From contig VBJE01000214.1 of NCBI GenBank assembly GCA_005879675.1, forward strand, positions 1-35,933: DNA of 35,933 nucleotides, written 5' to 3'. Positions 24,501 through 34,650 of this stretch are shown piece after piece; position 1 is the stretch's first letter, and the number at the start of each line of letters is the position of its first letter. The notes under the pieces are model-generated. The model searched no databases, was not told where the DNA came from, and was given only the letters and a program-made list of their open reading frames with translations. The DNA is from Chloroflexota bacterium. Lineage in GTDB: Bacteria > Chloroflexota > Dormibacteria > Dormibacterales > Dormibacteraceae. A program made the translations under genes and the position numbers.

Positions 24501-25367
24501 TTACTCGACCCCGGTCAGGGTGACCCGCTTGGTGGCCGTCAGGCTGCCGCGGGCTCCTGACCGGTACGTGCCGGAGGTCGGCGCGACGTCCGAGTAGTCG
24601 GCGCCGACCGCGACCGTCACGTAGCCGAGCCCGCCATGGCTCGCGTGCGTGGGATCGAAGGCGTGGGCGACGGCGTCCCCCGTCCCGTCGCGAGTCGGCA
24701 TCACCACCTCGACCCACGCGTGCGTCCCGCCCTGGCCGAGCAGGTGGCCGGACACGTAGCGAGAAGGGAGGCCGCAGGCGCGGCAGAGCGCGAGCATCAC
24801 GTGCGCGTAGTCCTGGCAGACGCCGGCGCCCAGGGCGAGCGCCTCGGCGGCCGTGGTCCGGACGCCGGTCACCCCATGGCGGTAGGTCATCGACTGGTAG
24901 ACCCAGTCGTTGATCCGGTCGGCGAGCGGCAGCCCCCACTCCGAGACCTCGGACAGGTCGTCGGCCGCCCGCAGGATGGCGTCGTCGGCCTCGGTCAGCC
25001 GCGACGGCTGCAGGAGATACCCGTCGGCCAGCCAGCCGTCGGGAAGCCGGTTTGGCTGCGCCGCCCGCCGCTCGATGGAAACCTCGGCGACGAACTCGAT
25101 CACGTCCGGCACGCGCGGGGCGAAGACGTCGACGATCATGTTGCCGAAGCGATCTGTCCGGTTCTCCACCCGCGCGCCCTCCAGCGCCACCGAGACGTTG
25201 TGCCTGAGGCGCCGCTGGTCGCCGAAGCGCTCCGGGGGGATGACGATCAGGCGGTGGCTGAGGTCGCGGATGGGCTGCGGGTAGACGTAGCGAAATGTCT
25301 GCAGCAGCTGGTACGAGGCGCGGCGCGCCGAGCTCCAGTCGACCGATGCGGGGTCGATCGCCATCAC
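24501..25367 (-). CDS. transglutaminase-like family protein (Bact_transglu_N + TGase core)
   Basis: The N-terminal YQLLQTFRYVYPQP region is followed by a core with Cys (GVCQDYAH), His (THAWVEV) and Asp (FDPTH). GTGATG start region at 25367/25364 overlaps the upstream stop. Confidence 0.8.
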   Translation of the reverse strand: MMAIDPASVDWSSARRASYQLLQTFRYVYPQPIRDLSHRLIVIPPERFGDQRRLRHNVSVALEGARVENRTDRFGNMIVDVFAPRVPDVIEFVAEVSIERRAAQPNRLPDGWLADGYLLQPSRLTEADDAILRAADDLSEVSEWGLPLADRINDWVYQSMTYRHGVTGVRTTAAEALALGAGVCQDYAHVMLALCRACGLPSRYVSGHLLGQGGTHAWVEVVMPTRDGTGDAVAHAFDPTHASHGGLGYVTVAVGADYSDVAPTSGTYRSGARGSLTATKRVTLTGVE

Positions 25368-26239
25368 GATTTCGTCGGTGCGCCCTGCGCGCGCCCGGCG
25401 GATTCCATCGCTGCGCCCTGCGCGCGCTCCGCGGACTCTTTATCCCTGTCGGCCCAGACCACCATGGACTTGAACGTTGCAGGACCGAAAGTGGTCAGCA
25501 TCGCCACGTCCAGCGCATCCCGGCCGCGGCCGATAAGCACGCGTCCGACGCGCCGCGCGTTGTTGCGCGGGTCGAACGTCCACCAGCGGTCGCCGAGGTA
25601 GACCTCCATCCAGGCGGCGAAGTCCATCGGGCTGTCCGGCGGAGGCACGTACAGGTCGGGGAGGTAGCCGAACACGTAGCGAGCGGGGATGTTGAGCGCC
25701 CGGCAGAAGGTGATCGCCAGGTGAGCGAGGTCCCGGCAGACGCCCTTCCGCTGCTCCAGGACGTCGACGGCCGTGGTCAGCGGGTTGCTCGTCCCGTACT
25801 GGAACGTGATGTTGTCGTGCACCCAGTCGCAGACCGCCTGCACTCTCGCGCCGCTGGGGTCGGTCTGGCCGAAGAGCTCCCAGGCCATGCCCATGAGCTG
25901 GTCGGACAGGCAGTAGCGGCTGGGCAGGGTGAAGTGCAGCAGCTCGCCCGGGATGTCATCGACCGGGACCTGGGGCGCGGCCGAGCCGTCGAGGTCCGGC
26001 TCGTCAGGCGCGGAGACCACGGCGTCGTAACGCAGGGTCAGGGGGCCGGCCGGCATGACCAGGCGCTTGACGGGGTTGCCGTAGAAGTCGCTGTACTCGT
26101 CTATGGGAACCGGCGGCTGCGTCGTCCACGTCTCGGTGACGAGCTGGTGGGTGGAGTCGGAGCGAGGGCGGACCTGGACGGTCGCCACGGTGGGAGCGCT
26201 CACGTCGTACCTGAACTCACAGCCGACCCGTAAGTTGAT
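25364..26239 (-). CDS. transglutaminase-like family protein, His-less paralogue, non-canonical start
   Basis: C-terminal 291 aa of ORF 25364..27760: NLRVGCEFRYDV..., GVCRDLAH, MDFAAWMEVYLGDRWWTFDPRNN, RVLIGRGRDALDV. No ATG/GTG/TTG lies near the domain start, so I place the start provisionally at ATC 26239. Everything upstream in the tracked ORF is antisense to the ATP-grasp gene. Confidence 0.65.
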   Translation of the reverse strand: MNLRVGCEFRYDVSAPTVATVQVRPRSDSTHQLVTETWTTQPPVPIDEYSDFYGNPVKRLVMPAGPLTLRYDAVVSAPDEPDLDGSAAPQVPVDDIPGELLHFTLPSRYCLSDQLMGMAWELFGQTDPSGARVQAVCDWVHDNITFQYGTSNPLTTAVDVLEQRKGVCRDLAHLAITFCRALNIPARYVFGYLPDLYVPPPDSPMDFAAWMEVYLGDRWWTFDPRNNARRVGRVLIGRGRDALDVAMLTTFGPATFKSMVVWADRDKESAERAQGAAMESAGRAQGAPTKS

Positions 26240-26251
26240 CGTCTTCTCAGG

Positions 26252-27748
26252 TTGCGGGATGGCGGAGACACTATAGCGGTGGCTTTCGGGAATCTTGACG
26301 CCAACTACAAGGTCAACGGGTTCTATGACGAGATGCTTGCGGGCCCTGGCCGGCCCCGCCCTCCTTACCGTCGACTCTACGAGGAGCTGAACCGGCTCGG
26401 CCCGGTCGAGCTTGGGCGCCGGTGGGCGCTGGCGATGGAGATGTTCCGCAACCACGGCATCACCTTCGCCGTGTACCCGGACGCCCAGGGGACCGAAAAG
26501 GTGTTTCCGTTCGACGTCATCCCCCGCCTGATCGAGGCGAACACATGGCGCCGGCTCGAGCGTGGCCTGACCCAGCGGCTGCGGGCCCTCAACCTGTTCC
26601 TGGACGACGTCTACGGTCGCAAGCTGATCCTGAAACAGCGCGCGATCCCGCCCGAGATCCTGCTCAGCAGCTCGCTGTACATGCGCGAGATCGAGGGCCT
26701 CGGCGTGCCCCACGGCATCCACTGCCACATCGCCGGGATCGACCTCGTTCGGGACGAGAAGGGCGAGTTCTTCGTCCTCGAGGACAACCTGCGCACGCCG
26801 TCGGGCGCGTCGTACGTGCAGGCCAATCGTTACGTGATGAAGCGCATCCTGCCCGACCTGTTCGCCGGCTATCCCGTGCGGCCGGTCGAGGGCTACGTGC
26901 ACGAGCTGCTGCGGTACCTCCGCTGGCTCGCGCCCGCGGGCGTCGACGACCCCACCGTGGTCCTCCTGACCCCGGGCATCAACAACGCGGCGTACTACGA
27001 GCACCTCTACCTGGCCAAGCAGATGGGCGTCGAGCTGGTCGAGGGCAGCGACCTGGTCGTCGACGACGACAAGGTCTTCATGCGCACGACCCACGGCCTG
27101 CGGCCTGTGCACGTCATCTACCGCCGGATCGACGACGAGTGGCTGGACCCGATCTTTGGGCGCCAGGAGTCCCTGGTCGGCGTGGCCGGGCTGGTCAACG
27201 CCCACCGGGCAGGCAACGTGGCGCTCGCGAACGCGCTCGGCAACGGCGTCGCCGACGACAAGGCGGTCTACGCGTTCGTGCCCAAGGTCATCCGCTACTA
27301 CCTGGACGAGGACCCGATTCTGCCCAACGTCGAGACGTACCTGTGCGCCGTCGAGTCCGAGCGGAAGCACGTGCTCGAGCACCTCGACAGCCTGGTGGTG
27401 AAGACCACGGACGCCTCGGGCGGCTACGGAATGCTCATCGGGCCGGCGTCGACGCGAGAGGAGCGCGAAGAGTTTCGGCGCCGCATCGTCGCCAGGCCGC
27501 GCTCGTTCATCGCCCAGCCCGTGGTCGGCCTGTCGGTGCAGCCGGTGCTCGACGGCGACAGGCTGCGGCCCGGGCACCAGGACCTGAGGCCGTTCGTCCT
27601 CACGGGTCCAGACGTGTACGTCACGCCTGGCGGCCTGACGCGGGTCGCGCTGAAACCAGGCTCCCTGATCGTCAACAGCTCCCAGGGCGGCGGCAGCCGC
27701 GACACCTGGGTCATCGCCGACGACGGCGCGGAGAACGCCGATGCTTAG
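26252..27748 (+). CDS. circularly permuted type-2 ATP-grasp protein (DUF404/DUF407-type)
   Basis: FYDEM...RPPYRRLYEELNRL, FVLEDNLRTPSGASY, AGNVALANALGNGVADDKAVYAFVPKVIRYYLDEDPILPNVETY and GGYGMLIGP match the family as I remember it. The start is TTG 26252 or GTG 26279. Confidence 0.8.
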   Translation: MRDGGDTIAVAFGNLDANYKVNGFYDEMLAGPGRPRPPYRRLYEELNRLGPVELGRRWALAMEMFRNHGITFAVYPDAQGTEKVFPFDVIPRLIEANTWRRLERGLTQRLRALNLFLDDVYGRKLILKQRAIPPEILLSSSLYMREIEGLGVPHGIHCHIAGIDLVRDEKGEFFVLEDNLRTPSGASYVQANRYVMKRILPDLFAGYPVRPVEGYVHELLRYLRWLAPAGVDDPTVVLLTPGINNAAYYEHLYLAKQMGVELVEGSDLVVDDDKVFMRTTHGLRPVHVIYRRIDDEWLDPIFGRQESLVGVAGLVNAHRAGNVALANALGNGVADDKAVYAFVPKVIRYYLDEDPILPNVETYLCAVESERKHVLEHLDSLVVKTTDASGGYGMLIGPASTREEREEFRRRIVARPRSFIAQPVVGLSVQPVLDGDRLRPGHQDLRPFVLTGPDVYVTPGGLTRVALKPGSLIVNSSQGGGSRDTWVIADDGAENADA

Positions 27749-28688
27749 CCGCGCCGCCACCTCCCTGGCCCTGCTCGGCCGTCACCTCGAGCGCGCCGAC
27801 CACCTCGCCCGCATCCTGGGAGTCCATGTCGCGCTCTCGCTCGACCGCACCGATGAGCCAGGCACCGAGTTCTGGGTGCGGTTCATGGAGCTCGCGGGTT
27901 GGCGCGGCAGCGACACCGGCCGGCGGGATCAGGCGGTCGAGATGGTCGTCGCGGGCACCCTCGGGCCTTCGGTCCGCTCGAGCATCGCGTCGGCCAGGCT
28001 CGCCGCGCAGGCCGTGCGCCCTTCGCTGCCAAGCGAGCTCTACGAGCAGGTCAACGCGCTTCACTGGCGCGTGCAGGAGGCGGTCTGGCAGCCCGACCTG
28101 TACCGGTTTCTCATGGACGTGCAGATGAGCATCCGGCTGGTCGACGGCCTGCTCGAGGACACGATGTTCCACGACGAGGCGCGCGACTTCGTGCGCCTGG
28201 GCAAGTTCGTCGAGCGGTCCGCGAACGTGACCGCTGTCGTGACGCACAAGGCCGCCGAGCTCGCGGACACGCCCGAGGACGCGCTCGAGTGGACGGCGGT
28301 GCTCAAGTCGTGCTTCGCGTTCGAGTCGTACCAAACGCGTTATGGCGGCGGCGTGACGGAAGAGCGCGTGATCGAGTGCCTCCTCCTCGACGGCGCGCTC
28401 CCTCGCTCGGCCAGGTTCGCGGCGTCAAGCGCGCTGGAGGCCGTCGCCCGCATCGAGGGCAACGCGCGGCGTTCCAAGCCTCTGCGCCTGTTGATCCGGC
28501 TCAACGGCATGTACCAGCAGGCCAACACGCAGTCGATCACGGAGCAGCCACTCGATTTCGAGGCGGAGTGCCGGACGATCCTGCGCATGCTCGAGATCGC
28601 GCTGCGGGAGACCTACTTCCACCCGAGCAAGGTCCCGGCCGCCGTGGCCGGCGAGGAGGGGCGCGGCATGCCGCAGCAGCAGCAGTGA
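27741..28688 (+). CDS. alpha-E domain protein (DUF403-type)
   Basis: The N-terminus MLSRAATSLALLGRHLERADHLARIL is the alpha-E signature. It overlaps the ATP-grasp gene by 8 nt. Confidence 0.8.
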   Translation: MLSRAATSLALLGRHLERADHLARILGVHVALSLDRTDEPGTEFWVRFMELAGWRGSDTGRRDQAVEMVVAGTLGPSVRSSIASARLAAQAVRPSLPSELYEQVNALHWRVQEAVWQPDLYRFLMDVQMSIRLVDGLLEDTMFHDEARDFVRLGKFVERSANVTAVVTHKAAELADTPEDALEWTAVLKSCFAFESYQTRYGGGVTEERVIECLLLDGALPRSARFAASSALEAVARIEGNARRSKPLRLLIRLNGMYQQANTQSITEQPLDFEAECRTILRMLEIALRETYFHPSKVPAAVAGEEGRGMPQQQQ

Positions 28689-29527
28689 AGCTCGAGATCG
28701 TCCACAGCACGCGGTACCGCTACACGGCGCCGATCGCGGAGACGGTCATGGAGGTGCGGCTGCGGCCGATGGACGGGAACGGCCAGCGCTGCCTGGAATT
28801 CCGCCTCGAGCTCAGCCACGGCGTCAAGGCGCGCGCTTACGTGGACGGGTTCGGCAACCACGTCCACTACTTCAACCTGGTGAGGCCACACGCCGGGTTG
28901 AGCGTGATCAGCCGTTCCACCGTCGAGACCGGGCTCGCCCCGGACGAGGACCCGGGCGAGGAGCTCGTGCAGGACTTTCTCCGTTTTCGGTCGCCGGTCA
29001 AGGACGTCGACGGCGTGCGCGAGCTTGCGCGCCGTCACGCCATCGCCGACGCCGGCTCACCCGCCGCGGCCGAGCAGGCGCTCGACGAGCTGACGGCGAC
29101 GATCAGCCGCGAATTCACGTATGACCGCACCGTGACCAACGTCTACAGCGCGGTCGACGACGTGCTCGCATTGCGAGCGGGCGTGTGCCAGGACTTCGCG
29201 CACCTGTTCATCGCCGTCGCGCGGGCGATGGGCGTCCCCGCGCGCTACGTCAGCGGCTACATCCACTTCCCGGGCGACAAGACGCTGACGTCGGCGTCGC
29301 ACGCCTGGGCCGAGGCCTGGGTGGCCGGACGGGGATGGATCGGGTTCGACGCCACTCACCCGGTCCGGACGACGCCGCACCACGTGCGCCTGGCGGTGGG
29401 CCGCGACTACACCGACGCCGCGCCGACGCGCGGGATCTATGTGGGCTCGGCGGGGAGCTCGATGTCGATAAGCGTGAGGACGCGCACGGTGGGCGCCGGG
29501 CACGCGGAGGGCGCCGATTCGACCTAG
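28685..29527 (+). CDS. transglutaminase-like family protein (Bact_transglu_N + TGase core)
   Basis: GTG 28685 overlaps the alpha-E stop (GTGA). VKLEIVHSTRYRYTAP, GVCQDFAH, SHAWAEAW and FDATHP give a complete Cys/His/Asp triad. The 5' part of tracked ORF 27899..29527 is a shadow frame. Confidence 0.85.
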   Translation: MKLEIVHSTRYRYTAPIAETVMEVRLRPMDGNGQRCLEFRLELSHGVKARAYVDGFGNHVHYFNLVRPHAGLSVISRSTVETGLAPDEDPGEELVQDFLRFRSPVKDVDGVRELARRHAIADAGSPAAAEQALDELTATISREFTYDRTVTNVYSAVDDVLALRAGVCQDFAHLFIAVARAMGVPARYVSGYIHFPGDKTLTSASHAWAEAWVAGRGWIGFDATHPVRTTPHHVRLAVGRDYTDAAPTRGIYVGSAGSSMSISVRTRTVGAGHAEGADST

Positions 29528-30183
29528 AAGCGTTTGCCCCGGACGTGCTCGATGTCGAACTTCGCGGTGTCCGCGATCAGCATCACCGCCATCACGCCGG
29601 CCTCGACCGGGTCGGTGACGACCACGTCCGCGGCGTCAGGCACGGAGCCCGCCATGTTCGTGCACAGGACGAGAATCCCCGACTCGCGGATCTCCCGCAC
29701 GGCGCGTGTGATCTCCCCGCCCATGATCGCTCCCGCGAGGACGAGCGCCCGCGCGCGGTGGAGGCGGGCGACAGCGCGAACGGCGTCGGCCAGCTGCTCC
29801 TCGCCCACCAGCGGGATGGTGTCGACCGAGATGCGCTCGCCGCGGATGTTGTGGCGATCCGCCTCCGAGATTGCGCCCTGAGCGACCATGCCGACCTGCG
29901 CGCCGCCCCCGATCACGATCACGCGCTTGCCGTAGATCGTCTGGAAGGTGGGCACGACGCCGACGTGCGTCACGCCGGGGACTCCCTCCAGGTCCGCGAT
30001 CAACCGGTGCTCGTCGGGGGCGCCCGACACCTCGAGCTGCAGGTCGGCGAGCGCCTCGCGTCGAGCCCCGCCCGCGACATAGCTGATGTTCGCGTTGTGG
30101 CGAAGGATCACGTCCGTGATCCTGTGGAGCACGCCGGGCTCATCCCGACACTCGACCAGGAGCCCGATCGTCTCCGCCGCCAT
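29524..30183 (-). CDS. ACT-domain protein with C-terminal uncharacterised alpha/beta domain (DUF5612-like)
   Basis: ACT-like N-terminus (IGLLVECRDEPGVLHRITDVILRHNANI), then a VIVIGGGAQVG Rossmann-like segment. Its stop overlaps the convergent TGase stop (CTAG). Confidence 0.6.
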   Translation of the reverse strand: MAAETIGLLVECRDEPGVLHRITDVILRHNANISYVAGGARREALADLQLEVSGAPDEHRLIADLEGVPGVTHVGVVPTFQTIYGKRVIVIGGGAQVGMVAQGAISEADRHNIRGERISVDTIPLVGEEQLADAVRAVARLHRARALVLAGAIMGGEITRAVREIRESGILVLCTNMAGSVPDAADVVVTDPVEAGVMAVMLIADTAKFDIEHVRGKRF

Positions 30184-30310
30184 GGCGGAGAACGATAGTC
30201 AGAATCAGGCCTCGGCCGCGCCCCTGTCGCCGCCGCACCAAACAGCGGCCAAGGGATTGGAGGCCGGAACCATGCGCGCGACGGCCGCGATGCCTTAGGC
30301 TTCCGGCCAC

Positions 30311-30367
30311 ATGCGCAACAGCCGCGCGATCGCGATCGAGATTACCCGGGGAGGTCCCCCGACTTAG
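30311..30367 (+). other. candidate Ile-rich leader peptide (18 aa) of the citramalate synthase leader
   Basis: ATG CGC AAC AGC CGC GCG ATC GCG ATC GAG ATT ACC CGG GGA GGT CCC CCG ACT TAG gives MRNSRAIAIEITRGGPPT. It has three Ile codons within five positions and ends inside the 5' arm of the antiterminator. There is no clear SD. A second mini-ORF, MRATAAMP (30272..30298), has a good GGAGG. Confidence 0.3.
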
Positions 30368-30391
30368 CGCGCGGCGCTGATGTCGGTTGGG

Positions 30392-30424
30392 CCTCCCGGC
30401 CAGAGAAGGTCGGGAGGTTTTTTT
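30392..30424 (+). terminator. attenuator terminator immediately upstream of cimA
   Basis: Stem cctcccggc (30392-30400) / ggtcgggagg (30408-30417, with one G-U pair), then seven T (30418-24), then ATG 30425. The cimA Shine-Dalgarno GGGAGG forms the 3' arm. Confidence 0.6.
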
Positions 30425-31997
<1,573 letters not shown>

Positions 31998-32020
<23 letters not shown>

Positions 32021-34550
32021 GGAGTCCGCCCGGCAGGAGATCCCGCCCGAGCTGAGGCGCGATGTGCGCCTGCTCGGCGACATGCTGGGCAGGGTCATCG
32101 CGGACTACGGGGGCGCGACGCTCCTGCGCGACGTCGAGCGGCTGCGCAGCCTCGTCATTCGCGCCCGCGACGACGACCGCTTCGAGCGCGAGGCCGAGAA
32201 GCTGGTCGCCTCCTGGAAGCTCGAACGCGCCGAGCTGGTGGCGCGCGCGTTCACCTGCTACTTCCATCTCGCGAACCTCGCCGAGGAGCACCACCGCGCG
32301 CGCGTCATCCGCGAGCGGGACCGTGGCCCCGAGCCTCTGCCCGAGTCCATCGCGGCGACCGTGGGCACGCTGCAGCCTCGTCTCGGCCGCAAGCGCCTGA
32401 CGGCACTGGCCGCTGGCCTCGAGGTGCACCCTGTCTTCACCGCCCACCCGACCGAGTCGCGCAGGCGCGCGGTCGTGACCGCCATCCGGCGCGTGGGCGA
32501 GCAGCTCGAGCGGCTGGACGACCCGAGGACGTCGGACACGGAGCGCGCCGACGCCGAACGGCGTCTCGGCGAAGAGATCGACACCCTCTGGCGGACGGCC
32601 CAGGTGCGCACCGCGCACGTGCGTCCGCTCGACGAGGTGCGGTCGTTCATGGCGGTGTTCGACGAGACGCTGTTCCGCATGGCGCCCGAGGTTCTTCGCG
32701 CCTTCGACACCGCGCTTGGCGAAAGCGTCCCGCCGTTCCTCCGGTTCGGCAGCTGGATCGGCGGCGACCGGGACGGCAATCCGTCGATCACGGCCGAGGT
32801 CACCGCGGAGACGATGGCGATCCACTCCGAGCACGCCCTGCTGGCGCTCGAGACCGTCGCCGATCGAGTGGGCCGCTCGCTCACGGTCGACCTCGAGACG
32901 ACTCCGCCTTCACCCGCGCTGCGGCGGCGGCTGCCGCGGCCGGCGGCCGAGCCGCACCGCGAGTTCCTCCTCCACGTGGCGCGCCGCCTGCGCGCGACGC
33001 GGCTCGTCGAGCGCGAGCTCGCCTACGGGTCCGCGCGCGACCTTGTCGAGGACCTGCGCTGCGTGCGCGACTCGCTCGACGCCGCCGGGGCTGCACGCCT
33101 TGCCTCAGGCGAGGTGCAGCAGCTCGTGTGGCAGGCCGAGACGTTCGGGTTCCACCTGGCCGAGCTCGAGGTGCGGCAGCACAGCGGCGTGCACGAGCAC
33201 GCGCTCGGCGAGGTTCGCGGACGGGGCAAGCTTTCGGCGCAGTCGCGCGAGGCGCTGGACACCCTCGGCGTGATGGCGAAGCTCCAGTCGCGATACGGCG
33301 CCGAGAGCTGCCGGCGCTACGTCGTCAGCTTCACCCGCGACGCGCGCGACGTGGCCGCGGTTTACGAGCTGGCCAAGCACGCGACAGGCGGGCGCGCCCC
33401 AGTCCTCGACGTCGTGCCGCTCTTCGAGACTCTCGACGATCTCTCCCGCGCGACCGCGGTCATGGACGAGGTGGTCGAGCTCGGCCCGGTGCGCAAGCGT
33501 CTCGCGGCCAACAATCGGGCGGTCGAGGTGATGCTCGGCTACTCGGACTCGGCGAAGGAGATCGGTCCGCTGTCGGCGACGCTCGCCCTGCATGACGCGC
33601 AGGCGGCGCTGACCGCGTGGGCGAAGAAGCGGGGTTTGCGACTGACCCTGTTCCACGGCCGCGGCGGAGCTCTCGGCCGGGGCGGCGGCCCGGCCAACAG
33701 GGCAGTCAGGGCCCAGGCGCCAGGCTCTGTCGCGGGACGCTTCAAGGTCACCGAGCAGGGAGAGGTCATCTTCGCGCGCTATGGCAACCGCGCCATCGCC
33801 CGCCGCCACATCGAGCAGGTCACGTCGGCGGTGCTGGAGGCGTCGGCGCCGGGCGGCTCGCGTCGCGACCCCGCCCACTCGTTTCGCGAGCTGGCCGCGG
33901 CGATCGACGGCCCATCGCGCGCCGCGTACCGCCGGCTCGTCGAGGCGGGAGGGTTCGAAAGGTGGTTCCTGCAGGTCAGCCCGATCGAAGAGCTGGGCAA
34001 GCTGCGGATCGCATCGCGGCCGCAGCGCCGGGCGGGCAGCCGGAGCCTCGAGGACCTGCGCGCGATCCCGTGGGTGTTCGCGTGGTCGCAGATGCGCCTC
34101 AACCTGCCCGGCTGGTACGGAATCGGCAGCGGGCTCGCTGCCGCGGCGCTGCCGGAGCTCCGGCGCGCCTACTCGGAATGGCCGCTGTTCAACGTGATGC
34201 TCGACAACGCCGAGATGAGCCTCGCCAAGACCGACCGCCGGATCGCCGAGCGCTACATGGCGCTGGGCGACGGGCCCGAGCTCGCGGCGATGGTGCTGGA
34301 GGAGTACGAGCTGACGATGGAGCGGGTGCTCGCGGTCACCGGCCACCGCCGCCTGCTCGAGGACCGGCGGGTGCTGTCATGGGCGATCGAGCTCCGCAAT
34401 CCTTACGTCGACGCGCTCTCGCACCTCCAGCTGCGTGCGCTGCGCGCGTTGCGCAACCGCAGGACTCCGCGCGCCGACCGCAAGCGGGCCGAGCGGGTGT
34501 TTCAGCTCAGCGTGAACGGGGTCGCGGCCGGACTGCAGAACACGGGGTAG
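31998..34550 (+). CDS. ppc: phosphoenolpyruvate carboxylase
   Basis: LRRDVRLLGDMLG, VFTAHPTE, GYSDSAKE, FHGRGGALGRGGGP and a C-terminal LQNTG. GTG 31998 overlaps the cimA 3' end by 23 nt. Confidence 0.9.
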
Positions 34551-34556
34551 GAATGA

Positions 34557-34589
34557 CTCCCTCTCCCCCTCGGGGAGAGGGCTGGGGAG
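34557..34589. repeat. REP-like palindromic element, copy 3 (inverted relative to copy 1)
   Basis: ctCCCTCTCCCCctcGGGGAGAGGGctggggag. Its reverse complement differs from 24414-24446 at a single loop base. The flank motif aggggcttaa (34641-50) matches ttaagcccct at 24404-13. Confidence 0.8.
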
Positions 34590-34650
34590 CAATCAGATGG
34601 CGAAGCGAGCTTGCGAGCCGTCCTTATCGCGCTTGCGCGCAGGGGCTTAA

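Noticed and set aside
26240-27760. N-terminal 500 aa of the tracked 798-aa minus-strand ORF 25364..27760
   Set aside because: Only the last ~291 aa resemble a transglutaminase-family protein. The remainder is antisense to the ATP-grasp gene and has shadow composition (Val/Asp/Arg/Ala/Gly).
27899-28684. N-terminal 262 aa of tracked ORF 27899..29527
   Set aside because: It is an off-frame read-through across the alpha-E gene. The real TGase domain starts at GTG 28685 with the canonical VKLEIVHSTRYRY N-terminus.
30086-30298. 70-aa plus-strand ORF across the ACT gene start and cimA leader
   Set aside because: Its first half is antisense to the ACT-domain gene. Only its last 8 codons (MRATAAMP, which has its own SD) might be meaningful, as a leader mini-ORF.
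34377-34592. 71-aa ORF MLPSPLPEGERESF... (and the GEGWGEG stretch of ORF 24073..24939)
   Set aside because: These are translation artefacts of the REP-like palindromes. The remainder of each ORF is antisense to a real gene.
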